From contig JAUVXW010000005.1 in assembly GCA_030603385.1 (NCBI GenBank), positions 1 through 64,000 of the forward strand: 64,000 nt of DNA, written 5' to 3'. Position 1 is the stretch's first letter. Each line of letters opens with the position of its first letter. Source of the DNA: Promethearchaeota archaeon. GTDB lineage: Archaea > Asgardarchaeota > Lokiarchaeia > Sigyniarchaeales > SOKP01. The translations under genes and the position numbers were made by a program. Below are positions 60,181 through 64,000 of the stretch, piece by piece. The notes below the pieces were generated by a model. The model did no database searches. It saw nothing but the letters and a program-made list of their open reading frames with translations, and was not told the DNA's origin.

Positions 60181-62027
60181 ATTGAGTAAATTTTAACTTT
60201 TAATCTTTTTATTTTTTTCTATTTCTTTACTTGGTTATTCGAGTTAAGAAGGTAATCTATAAAGATTTTTAATTCGTCGGCGTAAAACATCCAAGGAATT
60301 CAAGTAAAGATATCCTGATTTTCGTGCTTTATAAGGGAGCATCTGTCTAAAATTGAAATACCGAGAGGATTCGAAGGCAGAAGGCTTCATTATTAAGTCA
60401 GGACGTCCTAATTTGTATGCTGTCAACGTTTTTAACAGTTCTAATATATAAATTGTGCAACGAAGTTTTACCGCCGCGTCCATTCCTCTTGTATTCATTC
60501 GAAAGGCATTGTAGTATGTATTATTATATGAATTTCCTTGCTCAATCATCGGACGAAAGCCGTAGATCTTGAGAAAATAGTCATCCGACCATTCTTTTGG
60601 GATGAAATCCGTATTAAAAAAAAATCCTTTTTTTAACTCCCTTATAGGATGGGTTTTCAGATTCTTCCGTGCTCGAATAATCGGTACTAGACCTTTAGCT
60701 CGGATATTCTCCATGTTTTGCAGAGAATAGGGGCCTGAATCTGCTATGAGCACTTTCCATTCATATTTTGTTAGCTTAAAAAACTCTTCTATTGTTTCTC
60801 TAAACGCGAGGATATCGTTTCGATTTCCAGCAAACATCTTGAAATAAATGGGAAACCAGCGATTAAAACAATGAGCATATAATATTCCAGGATCATATCC
60901 TACCCCCTTTTTTATGCCGTTATGTCGGCAATATCCCGCTTCAAGATCGGAATAATTTGAATGTCCTTTCTCTTTGTTATTGTTACAATTTGACCGTATG
61001 AATTGACCATCCCAAATTAGGATTCTTGGAACGATAATACCACAATCAACGCATTCTTTCGCCAACAGCTGAAAAAACTCAAACAACGCATCCGCAGGGA
61101 TTTTCGTGAGAACATAACTGATATCGTGTGCATCGGGAAAAAAGTCAGGGTCGTGGGTGATACTAATTAAAGGTGGATCAGTTATAAACCTGCCCATTCT
61201 CTGAATTCCGGCGTAATTCTTAAAGCCTAAGTTAATCCGCAACATTTCATACGCGAACACATCTTCAATAAACATATCCTTAAATGACACGCCACGATTC
61301 TCAAGAATTCCTTGCAGGTCTTGGAAAAAGCTTAAATCATTAAATTCAAATAGGTTTTCAAAGAATCCATTAAAACCCTTAAGATATCGATGCATTTCCC
61401 ATTCCATTTTAGAGATCACTCCCAATCCAAATTCTTTAAAACGAGGGATCTTTACGCGAGAGAACCGATATAAGTATTTATCTTTTAGTTTAGGCACCCA
61501 ATCTATGAAGTCCTGTATCTTTTTCTGGAATTTGGACAAGATTCTCGTAGTAGATGATGCCCTCTTCCCCCATGTGGGATGTATTGGAATCCAACGAAAT
61601 TTTTTTCGAGCAATTCTATAATCTCTTGGGACACTCATATCATAAGTTTCGATAGATTTTAATCCAATGAAATCTGTCAATTGTGTTTGATAAATACTGG
61701 GCTTAATTCTATATAAGATTATTATCATGATGAACACTTTTTAAGATCTATAATAAACTATTAGGTAATCGCCTATTTATTCTTTTTGGTTAAGATTTAA
61801 ATCTATAATTAATCGAATACAGATCTCCTCTTTTATTTAAATTCTAATGCAAATAGAAATCCAGAGAATTTAATCTTGATGCTTAAATTTTGCGCTCGCT
61901 TTACGTGTAATGGATGTCTCAAATCGCACGACATAAATCTAATAGGTATAGAACTATTATAAAGGAAGCAATTAATATAAGAATAAGTAAAAAAAGTAAA
62001 AAATTTAGAGTTTAAAATTTACTCAAT
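60181..62027 (-). mobile_element. Insertion sequence, 1847 bp, 16-bp perfect TIRs, TTA target duplication
   Basis: ATTGAGTAAATTTTAA at 60181-60196, its inverse at 62012-62027; TTA at 60178-60180 and 62028-62030; encloses a DDE transposase. Confidence 0.85.
60244..61737 (-). CDS. DDE transposase (IS4/IS5-like superfamily)
   Basis: WDGQF (D1), IADSGPY (D2), YGFRPMIEQGN (Y-x2-R-x3-E signature); start uncertain. Confidence 0.85.
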   Translation of the reverse strand: MFIMIIILYRIKPSIYQTQLTDFIGLKSIETYDMSVPRDYRIARKKFRWIPIHPTWGKRASSTTRILSKFQKKIQDFIDWVPKLKDKYLYRFSRVKIPRFKEFGLGVISKMEWEMHRYLKGFNGFFENLFEFNDLSFFQDLQGILENRGVSFKDMFIEDVFAYEMLRINLGFKNYAGIQRMGRFITDPPLISITHDPDFFPDAHDISYVLTKIPADALFEFFQLLAKECVDCGIIVPRILIWDGQFIRSNCNNNKEKGHSNYSDLEAGYCRHNGIKKGVGYDPGILYAHCFNRWFPIYFKMFAGNRNDILAFRETIEEFFKLTKYEWKVLIADSGPYSLQNMENIRAKGLVPIIRARKNLKTHPIRELKKGFFFNTDFIPKEWSDDYFLKIYGFRPMIEQGNSYNNTYYNAFRMNTRGMDAAVKLRCTIYILELLKTLTAYKLGRPDLIMKPSAFESSRYFNFRQMLPYKARKSGYLYLNSLDVLRRRIKNLYRLPS

Positions 62028-62072
62028 TTAACAAATAGACTTTTTAATTAACTTTATTTTGGTAAAAAAAAT

Positions 62073-63080
62073 ATGTCTGAAAAAAAGGAATATTTATCTA
62101 AGCGTGGGTTAATGGTAATAGGGATTGTTTCTTTAATCATACTAGTCGCAGGGATAATATTATGCTATTTTGGTTTAAACGAGGAATTTTATAGTGAGTC
62201 CGGTTAAACAATCTTCAAGATCATAACTTACCTTGGCGAACCAGTGGTCTTTATAATAATCGCGACAATTATATATTTAGCATATAGTAAAACTTTGGCA
62301 AAAAATACAGTTCTCTGCTTGTTATTCTCTCATTATTTAAACCAAATTTTCAAATCAACATTTCAAGATCCACGACCTAACACTAATGTTGGCGATGAAT
62401 ATGGTTTTGCTGAACCTTCATACGGATTTCCATCAGGTCACACTCAAAATTCATTAAGTTTCTGGGGATATATAAGCTATGAGTTTAAAGATAGATATAA
62501 ATATAAACAAGTTCCAATTGTTCCAGTTATTCTTTCTTGTATAGTTTTTCTTGTCGGTATTTCAAGAATGGTTATCGGTGTTCATGATTTGCAGGATGTG
62601 ATTGGTGGTATTTTATTAGGTATTGGAATTTTATTGTTATTTATATATTTGGAACCAATTATTTCACCACAGTTCAGCAAATTAAGCTTTTTTGCTAAAA
62701 TTGTACTAACAGTGGCAGTTTCTTTATCGTTATTTCTAATTAGTACATTATTATTTCCAAATGCCGGCTTAGGGCTAGTCTCCCCTCAAATTAATTATGC
62801 AGATGATGGTGCTTTTGCTCAAGTTGGAGGTGTAATTTTAGGTTTTGGAGTCGGATATCTTTTGGAACAAGAATATGTTAAATATGAGCCATCACAACTA
62901 AACACTAAGAAAAAAATAATAAACATTATAATAGGAATATTGCTTTTACTCTTAGTTTTTGTACCATTCGAATATTTAATAAAAATAGATAGTGTATTTT
63001 TTCGGTTCTTCAGATATGCTCTTGTCGCATTTATTCTAGCTTATATATCCCCTTTAATTTGCACAAAAATAAATAAATAA
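62073..63080 (+). pseudogene. PAP2 family membrane phosphatase with in-frame TAA at 62205-62207
   Basis: K-x6-RP, GFPSGH, SRMVIGVHDLQDV; ATG at 62073 is in frame with the 62244 ORF, separated by one stop (SESG*TIFK). Confidence 0.75.
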
Positions 63081-63125
63081 GATTTCAATATTTTTTTATT
63101 AATTTTTAAATAGAGCAACTATAAT

Positions 63126-63284
63126 TTAATTAGCTATCTCAATACTTTCCCTTGCGACTTCTTTTAAAAGAATACGATTAATTATAATTTTGTCGCTTTC
63201 TTTAACCTCATTATAAGGTGTCACGATCTGATTAATATAAAGTTCATTACGCGACGGATGTGGAAGAACTTCCTCTAGTATCAT
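63126..63284 (-). CDS. Small hypothetical ORF (52 aa)
   Basis: MILEEVLPHPSRNELYINQIVTPYNEVKESDKIIINRILLKEVARESIEIAN*; below the ORF-track cutoff. Confidence 0.3.
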   Translation of the reverse strand: MILEEVLPHPSRNELYINQIVTPYNEVKESDKIIINRILLKEVARESIEIAN

Positions 63285-63409
63285 CTTAACTAGAAAAAAC
63301 TGATACTAATTTATAAAATTTCCTATTTATCATCCGACTAAAAGGAAATGATTTTGTTATAAAATATTATAGTTCCTATTAAATTTAATTAGCTTTTCAT
63401 CATTGGTTT

Positions 63410-63866
63410 TTAAAATAGTCCTAAATATGGTTTAATCTTCTCCTTCCCATCAGGATCATTAACACTTTCTAAGATTTTTTTAGATAATTCTTTTTTCTTT
63501 TCGTAATATATCTTCATAATTTCTTCAATAGTTTTCCCTGGGTAGCGCTCAACTAAAGCAACATCTCTCCTTGGACAGCCTCCTCTGCGCATGCAACAAT
63601 ATGAAACTGAGCCAAAACATGTAATATCGAAATCCCAATCATTATCTTTTGAAAATTCTTCCTTTATTTTTATAAATTCCTCAGCAGAAATGCCTAACTC
63701 TAGAAGTTTTTCGTCTCTTTTGCATTTAAAACCAAATGTTAAAGAAAATCCCGGTTTACAACAAAAAGTTAAGGCCCTATAATCTCCACCCATACAAATT
63801 GGAACAGGTGCATTTTTTTTCCCATCCAGGTAAATCTCGGAGTTTATCTTTCTCTATGTTTAGCAT
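63410..63866 (-). CDS. Methanogenesis marker 9-like Cys-rich protein, frameshifted in an A8 tract (63813-63820)
   Basis: ATG at 63866 gives MLNIEKDKLRDLPGWE; the shifted frame continues NAPVPICMGGDYRALTFCC...TCFGSVSYCC...CPRRD, matching the WE-x-AP...CxGGDxRxLxFCC pattern. Confidence 0.75.
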
Positions 63867-63912
63867 TGGTTAATTTGCTCTTGTATCAGCTAGTTTTAAA
63901 GTTGCCTGGATG

Positions 63913-64000
63913 GGCTCTCGGGGGGAATCGAACCCCCCCCTAGGGATAACTGTTAAAGCAAAATATCTGCGGTTATTCACAGTCCCCAATACTAACCATT
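63913..64000 (-). tRNA. tRNA-His(GTG) with canonical 37/38 intron (63948-63976); 5' end beyond the window
   Basis: Anticodon stem GGGGA/TCCCT, CT-GTG-A, BHB (CTGT/ACAG helix, GAA and TTA bulges), TTCGATT T loop, C73 discriminator. Confidence 0.88.

Noticed and set aside
1-64000. Short antisense ORFs in the six-frame track (e.g. 8778-9167, 34978-35358, 38004-38336, 59629-59934)
   Set aside because: They lie opposite or inside well-supported genes and have no recognisable motifs; treated as shadow ORFs.
1-64000. CRISPR array or rRNA genes
   Set aside because: No regularly spaced repeats and no long GC-rich RNA-like segment were seen.

Overview
An AT-rich archaeal chromosome segment, most consistent with an Asgard archaeon of the Lokiarchaeia type. 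Evidence: archaeal GluRS, eS8, SRP19, proteasome beta, a histone, Ftr and BHB-intron tRNAs, together with longin/roadblock small GTPases, PCI-like repeats, several acyl-CoA ligases and GlcD/HdrD pairs. It holds about 50 CDS, two intron-containing tRNAs (Pro-GGG with a non-canonical 25/26 intron; His-GTG cut off by the window edge), one apparently intact IS (16-bp TIRs, TTA target duplication) and three genes each broken by a single lesion. Best candidates for undescribed systems: (1) a tight GT2 glycosyltransferase / BshB-like deacetylase / BshC-like ligase operon next to two DinB-superfamily genes, i.e. a bacillithiol-like pathway with an inverting GT2 where the retaining GT4 BshA would normally be; (2) a Rag-type GTPase plus a longin-Arf GTPase facing a uDENN/longin-PAS-GAF-PAS sensor with no kinase output; (3) a 1468-aa membrane-anchored prenyltransferase-fold / PCI-like / coiled-coil protein. 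All family calls come from reading motifs by eye; no searches were run.
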